From assembly GCA_964411375.1 (NCBI GenBank), contig CAYPKR010000002.1, positions 64,894-128,893 on the forward strand: a DNA stretch of 64,000 bases. The letters run 5' to 3'. Below, one piece after another: positions 48,503-57,729 of the stretch (position 1 is the first letter of the stretch; each line of letters begins with the position of its first letter). A program made the translations under genes and the position numbers. Under the pieces are notes generated by a model that was not told the origin of the DNA, ran no database searches, and saw only the letters and a list, made by a program, of their open reading frames with translations. Origin of the DNA: an uncultured Candidatus Saccharibacteria bacterium (GTDB lineage: Bacteria; Patescibacteriota; Minisyncoccia; Phycocordibacterales; UBA12088).

Positions 48503-49054
48503 TTATTCAGCTATTTCTGTTTCTTTTTTCTTCAGAAGCTCTTCAAGATTTTTATTTCCCTGATCAATGAATTTCTGCATTTCCTCCTTACCACGAAACT
48601 TATCATCCTCGCTCATCTCTCCATCTTTCTGTTTTTTCTGAATGTCATTCCATACTTCGTCACGCGCACCGCGGATAGTAATGCGCGCATCTTCAAGTTT
48701 TGCTTTTGCAAGCTTCATAAGTGAAGCTCTGCGCTCACTAGTGAGATCAGGAAACGAGACGCGGACACCTTTGTCATCAACCGATACCGAGACACCAAGA
48801 TTTGCGGCGGTAATCGCTTTTTCAACTTCTTTTATCTGTGACTGATCCCAGGGAGATACGCGGATCGTGCGTGCGTCTTCGATACCGACCGTACCAACCT
48901 GATTTATTGGAAGGCGTGAGCCGTAGGATTCAACTTTAATATTGTCGAGAATTGCGGGGGTTGCGCGACCAGTTCTGATGGAGGCGAATTCCCGCTTCAA
49001 CCATTCTTCAGTTTCCGCGATATTTTTCTTAAGCGATCCAAAATCGTATACCAT
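48503..49054 (-). CDS. frr: Ribosome recycling factor
   Basis: IRTGRA.P, P.LT.ERR, SEDD. Confidence 0.97.
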   Translation of the reverse strand: MVYDFGSLKKNIAETEEWLKREFASIRTGRATPAILDNIKVESYGSRLPINQVGTVGIEDARTIRVSPWDQSQIKEVEKAITAANLGVSVSVDDKGVRVSFPDLTSERRASLMKLAKAKLEDARITIRGARDEVWNDIQKKQKDGEMSEDDKFRGKEEMQKFIDQGNKNLEELLKKKETEIAE

Positions 49055-49090
49055 GTTATCGCTTATAGTAGCGTATAAGTTGTTTTATAC

Positions 49091-49266
49091 AAAAAAACGG
49101 CGCCTGTGAGGGCGCCAAATCGAATGGGAGGAAACGCTGCTCAACCACAAAGACGGGCTGATGGTCTTGTAGTCAAGCAATACAAAGGGAGGTAGAGGAA
49201 CGAACTGCTTACGTCACGATTACTCCTACAAATGGAGTTGATCCTGAACCGCTTCCAGGACCTTCG
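49091..49266 (-). ncRNA. Candidate sRNA with CCUCC (anti-SD-like) tracts
   Basis: TTGACA, 16 nt, TATAGT; 5' hairpins; GGCGCC terminator plus U7; no ORF. Confidence 0.45.
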
Positions 49267-49304
49267 AAAGCGACTATACCCTACGGAAATAATTTGTCAA
49301 AGAA

Positions 49305-49603
49305 ATTAAAAACGCCTCGCCATTCAAATGAATGTCGAGGACGTTGGTGGGAGGGGTTACCGTTGGCAACCACCTTCCTCCCTGATCACCGTTCTTTAAA
49401 ACCGGGCCGGAGGTGGATTCAGCACCTACGGAAATCCGGTGAACTGCAGAGGGCTTGATGCGCCCTCAATCTTGAGCGAAGTGGGGCTTATAGCCCCGAG
49501 CGGCCGTAAGGGTCTATTCGGCGGTACTAATCGGACGTCTCCCTGAGGAACTTCCCCGCTTGGCCGATCATTGGAGCCGCGTCGTGCCGGCATCCAACTG
49601 GCT
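49305..49603 (-). ncRNA. Candidate highly structured RNA of about 295 nt
   Basis: TTGACA, 17 nt, TGnTAATTT; at least six GC-rich hairpins; terminator plus U tract. Confidence 0.5.
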
Positions 49604-49691
49604 GATGGAAAATTAACATGATATCAAAAATTTGTCAATAGCACTCTTTTATTTACATTTGATTGGACAGATGTCCCATATTTGAGTCGGA

Positions 49692-50348
49692 TTACGGGAG
49701 TGCAAGAGCAACATATTCCAAAAGTTGTTTGACCGACGATCCTGGATCACGAATATATCGCTCGGCAAGCAACACGGCTTCGAGTGATTGCTTTTTTGCT
49801 TCGCTACTTCCCTTCCCTTGATGAATAGTGGCCTCCAAACTTGATAGAAACGCGACTGCCTTTGCTTTATCTTTTTCATCCGCGAGTTTCTTACCCATTT
49901 CCAACCGCGCATCAATTTTTGCTGAAAGGAATGAAGAAACGTCAAGGGTTTCTTGACTCTTCATGGTGATCACTTCGACTCGTGAGCGGACGGTCGGGAG
50001 GAATACTTCGGGAGAATACGCGAGAAGGAAAAAATGCACATCTTTCGGCGGTTCTTCAAGAAGTTTGAGAAGTGCGTTTTGAGCTTCTCTTGTTATCGAG
50101 GGGATTCCAAGAATAAAAATTCTTCTCGAACCAAATGGCGCAAGATACGCAAGCTCTTTTATCTCGCGCGCTTCATCAACGCCGAAGGTGTCGAAGATTT
50201 TCTGGTAGTAATCAGGGTGATTTAATCCGATCTCAAGAGTCTCGACTGAAAATGTGGCAACTTCACTCGCCAGAGATTCGATATCACCGACAATTACATA
50301 GGCGTGGTGGAGCGTATTGTTTTCAAATCGGCTTCGGAGGATTTCCAT
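49692..50348 (-). CDS. holB: DNA polymerase III delta-prime-like protein (degenerate)
   Basis: LHHAY, HPD, EAQNALLKLLEEPP, LPTVRSR; no Walker A or zinc motif. Confidence 0.8.
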   Translation of the reverse strand: MEILRSRFENNTLHHAYVIVGDIESLASEVATFSVETLEIGLNHPDYYQKIFDTFGVDEAREIKELAYLAPFGSRRIFILGIPSITREAQNALLKLLEEPPKDVHFFLLAYSPEVFLPTVRSRVEVITMKSQETLDVSSFLSAKIDARLEMGKKLADEKDKAKAVAFLSSLEATIHQGKGSSEAKKQSLEAVLLAERYIRDPGSSVKQLLEYVALALP

Positions 50349-50433
50349 ATGGTAAGAATACTAAAGATATACACGTCAGAGAAATTGACATCCTTGTTCA
50401 AAGTAGTATTGTCGAAATTGAAAGGAGATGACT

Positions 50434-50550
50434 ATGTCGGGCTACGATACTCTGCCTACCGAGGAGGTTCGGTTGCTGTCTACGGGACAGGCACGAGGAG
50501 TGATCGCCCTGCTGATCATCGGAGTATTGCTCCTCTACCACTTCGCCTAG
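50434..50550 (+). CDS. 38-aa single-TM microprotein
   Basis: MSGYDTLPTEEVRLLSTGQARGVIALLIIGVLLLYHFA; AAGGAG SD; TTGACA (50385), 16 nt, TATTGT. Confidence 0.6.
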   Translation: MSGYDTLPTEEVRLLSTGQARGVIALLIIGVLLLYHFA

Positions 50551-50560
50551 GAGGAGTTCC

Positions 50561-50668
50561 ATGGCACGGGCGATAGTAGTTCTTAAAGAACCCCTGACTG
50601 TATATGTCTCGGGATTCCTCATCTTGGCAGGATGCCTGATTCGGACGTTCTATGCGCTTCCGATCTGA
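50561..50668 (+). CDS. 35-aa hydrophobic microprotein
   Basis: MARAIVVLKEPLTVYVSGFLILAGCLIRTFYALPI; GAGGAG SD right after the previous stop; terminator at about 50678-50712. Confidence 0.55.
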   Translation: MARAIVVLKEPLTVYVSGFLILAGCLIRTFYALPI

Positions 50669-50732
50669 CAGCCGAATGGCGCGGTTCCTCTTGGGGCCGC
50701 GCCTTTCCTTTTCTTCATGCTATTTTCAGAAA

Positions 50733-53513
50733 TTATTTAGCGGGAATAGTTGGCGGAGGTTCAGGCTTACGAAATCGCTCCATAACTTCTGCTTCCACCT
50801 CGGCACGTGGTCGTCCAAAACGTTGATATGATCCTTGGCGGAGCATTTCTACCTGCCCCATATCGGTTGGAGCTGGCGCATTTGTCTGAATATTAAACGG
50901 CGAAGTTGGTTTACCATTTGCAAGAATACGGATGTACGCATTTCGATTGTCGACATTCATAAGATCATGCGCGGTAAATGTCGGTTCAAATTGTTTTTCC
51001 AAAAATGTTGCGTCATCTGGACCGACACGAAAGACTGCCATCGATCCGACGTTGCCGAAGACCGCATTTCGAATATCTTCGTCAATCTGCGCGATGAATT
51101 GGTGCGCGACGGTGAGCCCGAGTTTGTATTTGCGCGCTTCCGAGAGAATAGTCGCGATCGAATCAGTGGTGATATTTTGAAATTCGTCGATATAGAGATA
51201 AAACGGTGGGAGCGTTTGACCGTTTCCAACTGCGTCGACACGAGAAAGTGCTGCCATCAAAATCTTGCCGACCAAAATGAGTCCGATCAAATTGGCGTTG
51301 ATGTCGCCGAGCCTCCCCTTTGAGAGATTCACGAGGAGAATTTTCCGTTCATCCATCACTTCGCGGAAGCGGAACGCAGACTTTTCCTGCGCAATTATTG
51401 GACGCATGTAATCGTTTGCCGTGAATACATCGAATTTGTTGGTGATATACGGCACGATATTTGCGAGTGATGCTTCGCCCTGTGCCTTACTTGCAATTTC
51501 TTGCCAGAATTGATTGATAACTGGATTTTTTGAACGAGAAAGTTTGAGCATTCGAAATCTCGAATCAGCAAGAACACGCGAGACGTCGAGAAGTGTCGCA
51601 CCACTTGCCGGATCTTCAAGAACTAACGTCGTCGCATTTCGGAAATACTGCTCAAACGCAGGTCCCATCGATTCAGGAACCGCGCCATAGAGTTTGCGGA
51701 AAATAGAAAAGAGTTCGTTCACGACAAATGTTTTCTGCTCAGGAAAGCGCTGATCAAACTCGAGCATGTTGAGACCCATGACGCGATCAAGGTATGCGGG
51801 ATCAAAATAGATCACATCTTTATGACGCTCACGAGGCACTGACGCCAAAATATCTTGCACGTCGCTTCCGTGCGGATCGATAAAGCAAACGCCATTCCCC
51901 TCTTTGATATCCTGCACGATCATATTTTTGAGGAGCGTCGTTTTTCCGGTTCCGGTTTGTCCGATTACATACAGATGTCTGAGGCGATCTTCTGCGGTCA
52001 AATACGCTTTAGTATCGACTCCACGGAAGTTATTGGTACCAAGCAGTGTTCCGTCAGTTGCGAGACTCAGCGGTGCTGCAACCGAACCCGATTTTGCTTG
52101 TTTGAATTCTGGTGAGAGAAATGTTTCCTTCGCCGGAAAATGAATGAGCGATGCGATTTCACGGTATGAAAGAACCGATGCTTCGCTCGGTGAAAATTCA
52201 CGAAAGGTAAATTGATTGAGAAGTGTGCGATATGCACCTCCACGCTCCACTCGACTCCATTCGATGTGATTGCTTCCCGTTTCTGCAAATTGACCGAAGC
52301 TTGATTCGATATCGCGAAGCATCTCTTCACTACGCGCTTTTGAATCAGAAGACGCAAGGAGGCGAATATTGGCGAGCGCGAGCGGTGTTTCGATCTTCTT
52401 TTTGATGAGTTCGATCTTTTCGGTATCGATTGTTTTTTCCTTCTTTTCTTCCTCTTCTTTTTTCTTAGAATCCGCACCGAATAGTGAGCCGGCAAATGAA
52501 TGAATCATATCGGTTACGGGAGATTCGACTGCGCGATACGCATCCTTAAATTTCTCCCCTTTTTCCAAATGGCGGATTATTTCTGCGTAGCGCTTCGAGG
52601 TCATGAGATCTAAGGGCTTCAGTACAAATTGGATTGCGGCGCCTTCGTTGTGCTTCTTTATTTTTGAAAATGCAGAAAGAAGGACATTGAGGGGATCGGT
52701 CTCAAAGGTGTCGTACGTTTTGAGCGGCAATACTGGTTGTTCGGCAAGAGACGCGTGTGAGCCGATTGTAATCCCATTTTGGACAAAAATATTGTAATCA
52801 TTTTTTTCTTCGCGAATATGTCCATGCGGAAAGAGAGAGAGCGCCTGCTTTTCAAAAAGTCCGGCACGGCTCTGCGGGACCGAAACATAAAAAATGATCT
52901 CCTGCGTTCCGTCAGCAACAGCGATTTCAATGGTAAAAATTTCTTGCGCATGGTCGTGCTTGCCTGCGCCACCGAGCATTCCGGCATAAAATTGCTCCAT
53001 CGCGCTAATGAGTTCTTTGAAATTCTTTTCCGCACCATCGTCAGACTTGGTCGGAAATGTAATTTCATAGAGTGTCATCCGAAGATCTTCCGCGAGAGGC
53101 GTTTTTTCCGCAAGACCAGGAACCACATTTCCTTCTTTCAGAAATTCTATGAGCAGTCGGTGAAAATCGTCAGTTAAATGGGGATTATTTAAATTTTGAA
53201 CAACCGAGAGCGCATTTTTTACTCCCTTTTCAAACATGATTCCCATGAGCTCGCCCATGAATGCATCATCGCTTTCTGGCGGAAGATCAAGTGTCACCGC
53301 TCGTTGGTCAGCTTCAGTAAATTGATATTCAGGAGTGAGTACAGCGCTTGGAGTGACAGCGTGGTATTCCGAAATAACTTCTTGTGCAGCGGTATTCTCC
53401 GATTCAAAATGATTACTCTCGCCGAGTGCGCGTTCTCGTTCTGCGATTTCTTTTCGCAAATACTGAATTTCCTCCTCCGGTGAGGAAAATTTCGACTGCG
53501 CCTCGTATTCCAT
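50733..53513 (-). CDS. VirD4/TraD/HerA-like ATPase (type IV coupling-protein-like)
   Basis: DRLRHLYVIGQTGTGKT, IDPHG, YIDEFQN, LSEARKY, AHQ. Confidence 0.88.
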   Translation of the reverse strand: MEYEAQSKFSSPEEEIQYLRKEIAERERALGESNHFESENTAAQEVISEYHAVTPSAVLTPEYQFTEADQRAVTLDLPPESDDAFMGELMGIMFEKGVKNALSVVQNLNNPHLTDDFHRLLIEFLKEGNVVPGLAEKTPLAEDLRMTLYEITFPTKSDDGAEKNFKELISAMEQFYAGMLGGAGKHDHAQEIFTIEIAVADGTQEIIFYVSVPQSRAGLFEKQALSLFPHGHIREEKNDYNIFVQNGITIGSHASLAEQPVLPLKTYDTFETDPLNVLLSAFSKIKKHNEGAAIQFVLKPLDLMTSKRYAEIIRHLEKGEKFKDAYRAVESPVTDMIHSFAGSLFGADSKKKEEEEKKEKTIDTEKIELIKKKIETPLALANIRLLASSDSKARSEEMLRDIESSFGQFAETGSNHIEWSRVERGGAYRTLLNQFTFREFSPSEASVLSYREIASLIHFPAKETFLSPEFKQAKSGSVAAPLSLATDGTLLGTNNFRGVDTKAYLTAEDRLRHLYVIGQTGTGKTTLLKNMIVQDIKEGNGVCFIDPHGSDVQDILASVPRERHKDVIYFDPAYLDRVMGLNMLEFDQRFPEQKTFVVNELFSIFRKLYGAVPESMGPAFEQYFRNATTLVLEDPASGATLLDVSRVLADSRFRMLKLSRSKNPVINQFWQEIASKAQGEASLANIVPYITNKFDVFTANDYMRPIIAQEKSAFRFREVMDERKILLVNLSKGRLGDINANLIGLILVGKILMAALSRVDAVGNGQTLPPFYLYIDEFQNITTDSIATILSEARKYKLGLTVAHQFIAQIDEDIRNAVFGNVGSMAVFRVGPDDATFLEKQFEPTFTAHDLMNVDNRNAYIRILANGKPTSPFNIQTNAPAPTDMGQVEMLRQGSYQRFGRPRAEVEAEVMERFRKPEPPPTIPAK

Positions 53514-53660
53514 GCTCTGTATTATAGCTTGTGCAAGTGGAAATATTATTAATGAATGAATTGCTTTGTGAATAGCACAATAAACTACTTGTCAGCGCCA
53601 TTCATGCGATGTAATAGTAATAAAAGATCGGCGATGGGCGCCGACAGTACGGAGGTTGCT

Positions 53661-54278
53661 ATGTGCAGATACTCTCTTGAGCACGTGAGTTCTCGTGATG
53701 CCCGCCTCGGAGAAACAGTAACCATCGGTCACTCTTCGGCGTACCATGTTCCGGCAATGGTTGGCGACGACAATTGCGTCGTCTGCATCAGGGACGAAAC
53801 ACCCGTCCAGATTAACGGAGCGGTTCCTCCAGGGATTGGGATTACCAGTGGAGATCTTCTCATCTTCACTGAATATGGACTGGAGCACAGTCGCGGGTAT
53901 TACTACGATGGCTTCCGTACAGTGGAAGGGTTGGAGTTCCCCTTCAACGCACTGGCGGAACAACTCAAAGGAAGGGATGTTCACTTCATCGTGGCGCCTG
54001 ATCACGTAACAAAGATCAGCGAAGATCTCGGTGATCCTGTGATAGATCTTGCAATCATTGCCTATGACGCAGCCACAGATGCCATAGGCGAAGGAGTTCG
54101 TGTCGCACGCGAACATGCCGGCACAACCCTCACTGCCCTACTCGTGATTGCAGCATCGATTGGTGGGTTTTCATTCCTACTTCTAGTCGGCCGGTCGCGG
54201 CTTGAGGCGCACGCCGCGGGGACAGGTTCTCCGCGGCGACTTCTTTTTTATCGCTTTGCGATAATGCTCTTCTTGTAG
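53661..54278 (+). CDS. Hypothetical protein (MCxYSL-start type) with a C-terminal TM
   Basis: GGAGG SD before ATG 53661; MCRYSLEHVSSRDARLGE...VVC; 3' end overlaps a hairpin and the mreB paralog. Confidence 0.6.
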   Translation: MCRYSLEHVSSRDARLGETVTIGHSSAYHVPAMVGDDNCVVCIRDETPVQINGAVPPGIGITSGDLLIFTEYGLEHSRGYYYDGFRTVEGLEFPFNALAEQLKGRDVHFIVAPDHVTKISEDLGDPVIDLAIIAYDAATDAIGEGVRVAREHAGTTLTALLVIAASIGGFSFLLLVGRSRLEAHAAGTGSPRRLLFYRFAIMLFL

Positions 54279-55261
54279 ACATCGAGGTGATCGAGTGCGA
54301 TCCCCGTTCCTTTCACTACGCAGTACGGTGCTTCTTTGGCGAGTACTGCTTTTACTCCCGTGCGGCGCAAAACCAATTCAGGAAAATTACGAAGCTGTGA
54401 CGTGCCACCGGTCATAATGATTCCTCTGTCAATAATATCTGATGCGAGTTCTGGCGGCGTTTCTTGGAGTACGTCTTTAATTGCTTTGATCATTTCACGA
54501 AGATCGCGTGCGATCGCTTTTGCAATTTCGTTGGTATGAACGTCTGCAGTCCGTGGAAGTCCGGAGAGAAGATCACGACCTTTAACGGTCATCACGATCT
54601 CTTCTTCAAGAGGTACCGCACTTCCGACTTCGATCTTTATTCGCTCTGCGGTTTTATCACCGATTGCGAGATTGAATGTTTTCTTTACATAATCCGCAAT
54701 CGCGTGATCGAGCCGATTGCCCGCGCATTTCACTGAAGTCGAGGCGACGATTCCGCCGAGCGAAATCACTGCGACGTCAATCGTGCCCCCTCCAACATCC
54801 GCGATCATGTGTCCGCGCGGTTCGTGAATTGGAATCCCCGCGCCAATCGCGGCCAGGATTGGCTCTTTCACCACGTACGCATTTTTTGCGCCAGCATTCA
54901 CCGCCGCTTCAACAACTGCGCGTCGCTCCGTTGAGGTAACTCCGGCAGGAACCGAAACTAACACGTCGGGACGGAACAGCGTCCACGATCCCATCGCTTT
55001 TCTGATGTAATAGCGAAGCATTGCTTCGGTGACGCGATAATCGGCGATAACGCCATCCTTCATCGGGCGATACGCAATGATTGATTCTGGAGTTCGGCCA
55101 ATCATTTCCTTCGCTTCGTTTCCCACTGCGAGAATTTTGTTGTCGATTTCAGAAACGGCAACGACTGACGGTTCATTGAGCACGATTCCTTTTCCGGGAA
55201 CAAAGACGAGCGTCGTCGTGGTGCCGAGATCAATTCCAAGTTTTTTCGTAAAAAAGGCCAT
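54248..55261 (-). CDS. mreB: Second MreB/Mbl-like actin homolog
   Basis: DLGTTTT, EPILAAIG, DVGGGT, TGGTSQL. Confidence 0.93.
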   Translation of the reverse strand: MAFFTKKLGIDLGTTTTLVFVPGKGIVLNEPSVVAVSEIDNKILAVGNEAKEMIGRTPESIIAYRPMKDGVIADYRVTEAMLRYYIRKAMGSWTLFRPDVLVSVPAGVTSTERRAVVEAAVNAGAKNAYVVKEPILAAIGAGIPIHEPRGHMIADVGGGTIDVAVISLGGIVASTSVKCAGNRLDHAIADYVKKTFNLAIGDKTAERIKIEVGSAVPLEEEIVMTVKGRDLLSGLPRTADVHTNEIAKAIARDLREMIKAIKDVLQETPPELASDIIDRGIIMTGGTSQLRNFPELVLRRTGVKAVLAKEAPYCVVKGTGIALDHLDVYKKSIIAKR

Positions 55262-55361
55262 ATAACTTAGGCAGTATACCTGTTTAGCAACAAGTTTGTC
55301 GGTCTTGACAATACATCCAGCAAAGAGTTTGATTATTTACGAAACAAGCGGAGTATACACA

Positions 55362-55475
55362 ATGCCATGCACATGCGAAGCGGATGTGAATGCGATTACT
55401 GGACCCGATGGTCGGCGCACCTGCGGAGGGTGCGGATCGCCGCTTCCTCCGGCAACAGCGCGACCGAAGCAATAA
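55362..55475 (+). CDS. 37-aa Cys-rich microprotein (CxC...CxxC)
   Basis: MPCTCEADVNAITGPDGRRTCGGCGSPLPPATARPKQ; GGAG SD; TTGACA at 55305; hairpin at 55483-55506. Confidence 0.5.
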   Translation: MPCTCEADVNAITGPDGRRTCGGCGSPLPPATARPKQ

Positions 55476-55514
55476 GACGAGAGCCGCCCCGAGAATACGG
55501 GGCGGCGATTGTTT

Positions 55515-55784
55515 TTATTTCGAAAGTAAATCAGCAAGTTCTTGCTCCGACTCCAAAATCTTTGCAAGCGCTTCCCCATCTTTGTTTTGGATTGCCGCCA
55601 TTTTAGAAACGAGATTGACGTGGAGAATCGGCACAATCCACGGATCTTTCTTCAAAAGCGTGGCGAGTGCAGTGAGCTCTTCAGTAGCAACCCCATCAGT
55701 AAGCGCATGAAAAAGCGTTTCTTTTTCACTTGGAAAAATATCCGAATCATCAATAATGCTTTTGATTTCCTGTTTTGAATCCAT
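55515..55784 (-). CDS. Hypothetical protein
   Basis: 89 aa helical ORF downstream of murA, same strand. Confidence 0.65.
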   Translation of the reverse strand: MDSKQEIKSIIDDSDIFPSEKETLFHALTDGVATEELTALATLLKKDPWIVPILHVNLVSKMAAIQNKDGEALAKILESEQELADLLSK

Positions 55785-55790
55785 AGTTCC

Positions 55791-56327
55791 TTATGCCGCC
55801 GCTCCTTCTCCCGGAACAAACGGTACTTCGAACGTGTGCGTGACCCCGTCTATTTCTACTTGTGCGCCAAGCGTTGCGCCTTCGAATTGCGCAAGCTGTA
55901 CATTTGAAACTCCCGCTTCAGTATTTTCAGAATGAATTTGTCCGTTTTGAATAATAGTGACATTCGAATGACCGAATGGACTACCGCGAACTCCCATCCT
56001 AAATGGCTGTGAAGATAGAGTTCCCGTTGCTCCAACTGATACACCCCGACCCGATCGATTCATCGGTCCCGGATAATTCTGTTCAGAGTACGGAAGACTG
56101 CTTGTTCCATATCCTTGCGAATGCACATGTGCAGAAAATTCAACGTGCGCTCCAGCGCATGCAGAGAGCGTACTGATTGCACCGAGCGCGGCAATCACTC
56201 GAGCATTTCGTCCGAGGCGCTCGCGAAGCCCGTTTTCTTCCCCAACAAAATTATTCCATCGATCACCGAACGCTTCCGATCCTTCCTCATTCGATTCAAC
56301 AATCATCGGCTGGTTTTCTATACTCAT
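55791..56327 (-). CDS. Hypothetical protein, possibly a lipoprotein
   Basis: ATG at 56327; hydrophobic stretch ending LSAC. Confidence 0.6.
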   Translation of the reverse strand: MSIENQPMIVESNEEGSEAFGDRWNNFVGEENGLRERLGRNARVIAALGAISTLSACAGAHVEFSAHVHSQGYGTSSLPYSEQNYPGPMNRSGRGVSVGATGTLSSQPFRMGVRGSPFGHSNVTIIQNGQIHSENTEAGVSNVQLAQFEGATLGAQVEIDGVTHTFEVPFVPGEGAAA

Positions 56328-56337
56328 GTGAATATGG

Positions 56338-57642
56338 TTACGGACAAATTTGGGTGCGTTCGATCTTGACGCCAATTTTTTGGAGCCGATTTTCAATGTC
56401 GGCATATCCGCGATCTATATGATATGCATTATTGATCGTTGAGCTTCCTTTTGCAACAATCGCGGCAAGCAGAAACGCGAGACCGGCACGAATATCGGGA
56501 CCATCCACTTCCCTTCCTTCAAGTATCGTCGGACCTTTGACGGTTACGCGATGCGCATCCCATTGATGAATATCTGCACCCATGTGGATTAATTGTTCTA
56601 CATAATTAAGGCGGCTTTCATAAATAGTTTCAAAGACAAGCCCTTCTCCGGTTGATTGTGTCAAAAAGACGAGGGTCGGCGCTTGCACATCGGTCGGGAA
56701 GCCTGGGTATTCGTGCGTCTTAATATTGAATGATTTGAATTGGCTATTTGGAATTTTTCCGTTGCCACTAATTTTCACAAAATTCTTCCCTACTTCGATT
56801 GGCACACCGGCTCCTCGAAGCATCGCAATCGTGATTTCTGCGTGCGAAGGATTGCAATTCGTAATCATAAGTTCGTCTGCAGCAAGTGCACCGAGTACCA
56901 AGAAACTCCCGAGCTCAATGCGATCAGGAATAATCGCATACGACTTCCCTTCTGCACGAAGTAGATTGTCACCGACAATAGTGATTGTTGGCGTTCCAAG
57001 TCCGGTAATTTTTGCGCCACACGTATTTAAAAATTCTCCAAGATCAGAAATCTCCGGTTCCATCGCGGCGTTTCGTAGTGTAGTGACTCCCTCTGCAAGA
57101 ACGGCAGCGAGCATCAGAGATTCGGTCGCGGTAACGCTCGGCACCATGAAAAAAATATCAGCGCCGCGGAGTTTTCCACCTTTTGCTTCAATCACGTACT
57201 GCTGATTCACTTCATGAACCGACGCTCCCATTTGTTCGTACGCGCTGGTGAAAAAATCAATTGGTCGTTTGCCGATAAGATCACCGCCCGGATGCGGAAA
57301 TGACACTTTGCCGAAGCGTGCGAGTAGCGGTCCCGTGAGCACGATTGATGCGCGCATTCGCTTCGCCGATTCTTCTGCGATCGTTGTGTCAGATACAGTG
57401 GATGTATTGATCTCCACTGTACCTTCTGCTCGTTTTGTAATCGCGCCGAGCTTTTCAAGTATTTCTTCCATTCGAATAACATCTTCAATCGATGGAACAT
57501 TCGTGAGCGTGAGCGTGTCTTCAAAAATGAGCGAAGCCGCAATCGCAGGGAGCACTGAATTTTTTGCGCCGCCGATCTCAATCGTGCCCGAAAGCGTTTT
57601 TTCTCCTGCCAGTCCCATTATATGGAATGATTCTTTATCCAT
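56338..57642 (-). CDS. murA: UDP-GlcNAc 1-carboxyvinyltransferase (Cys-to-Asp variant)
   Basis: GAKNS, RMRAS, PGGDLIGKRP, PDRIE, PGFPTD, DIRAG, DRGY. Confidence 0.97.
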   Translation of the reverse strand: MDKESFHIMGLAGEKTLSGTIEIGGAKNSVLPAIAASLIFEDTLTLTNVPSIEDVIRMEEILEKLGAITKRAEGTVEINTSTVSDTTIAEESAKRMRASIVLTGPLLARFGKVSFPHPGGDLIGKRPIDFFTSAYEQMGASVHEVNQQYVIEAKGGKLRGADIFFMVPSVTATESLMLAAVLAEGVTTLRNAAMEPEISDLGEFLNTCGAKITGLGTPTITIVGDNLLRAEGKSYAIIPDRIELGSFLVLGALAADELMITNCNPSHAEITIAMLRGAGVPIEVGKNFVKISGNGKIPNSQFKSFNIKTHEYPGFPTDVQAPTLVFLTQSTGEGLVFETIYESRLNYVEQLIHMGADIHQWDAHRVTVKGPTILEGREVDGPDIRAGLAFLLAAIVAKGSSTINNAYHIDRGYADIENRLQKIGVKIERTQICP

Positions 57643-57729
57643 AGATAGGAGCTATTGTACGTTTTTCGAGATTGACTGCCTAATCCCCAACAAATTGTTC
57701 AGCTCAAAAAAACCTGGTATGGTGATTAG

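Noticed and set aside
26264-49549. Shared 11-mer CTCCCTGAGGA between two RNA candidates, and CCTACGGAAAT repeated at 49280 and 49425
   Set aside because: Single 11-nt matches are plausible by chance given the number of comparisons.
49305-49603. RNase P RNA, tmRNA or group II intron identity
   Set aside because: No GAGGAAAGTCC, no T-loop before ACCA, no domain V motif.
44568-55261. Two MreB paralogs, class I LysRS, separated rplU and rpmA as novelties
   Set aside because: Known or unsurprising for this lineage; recorded as features only.
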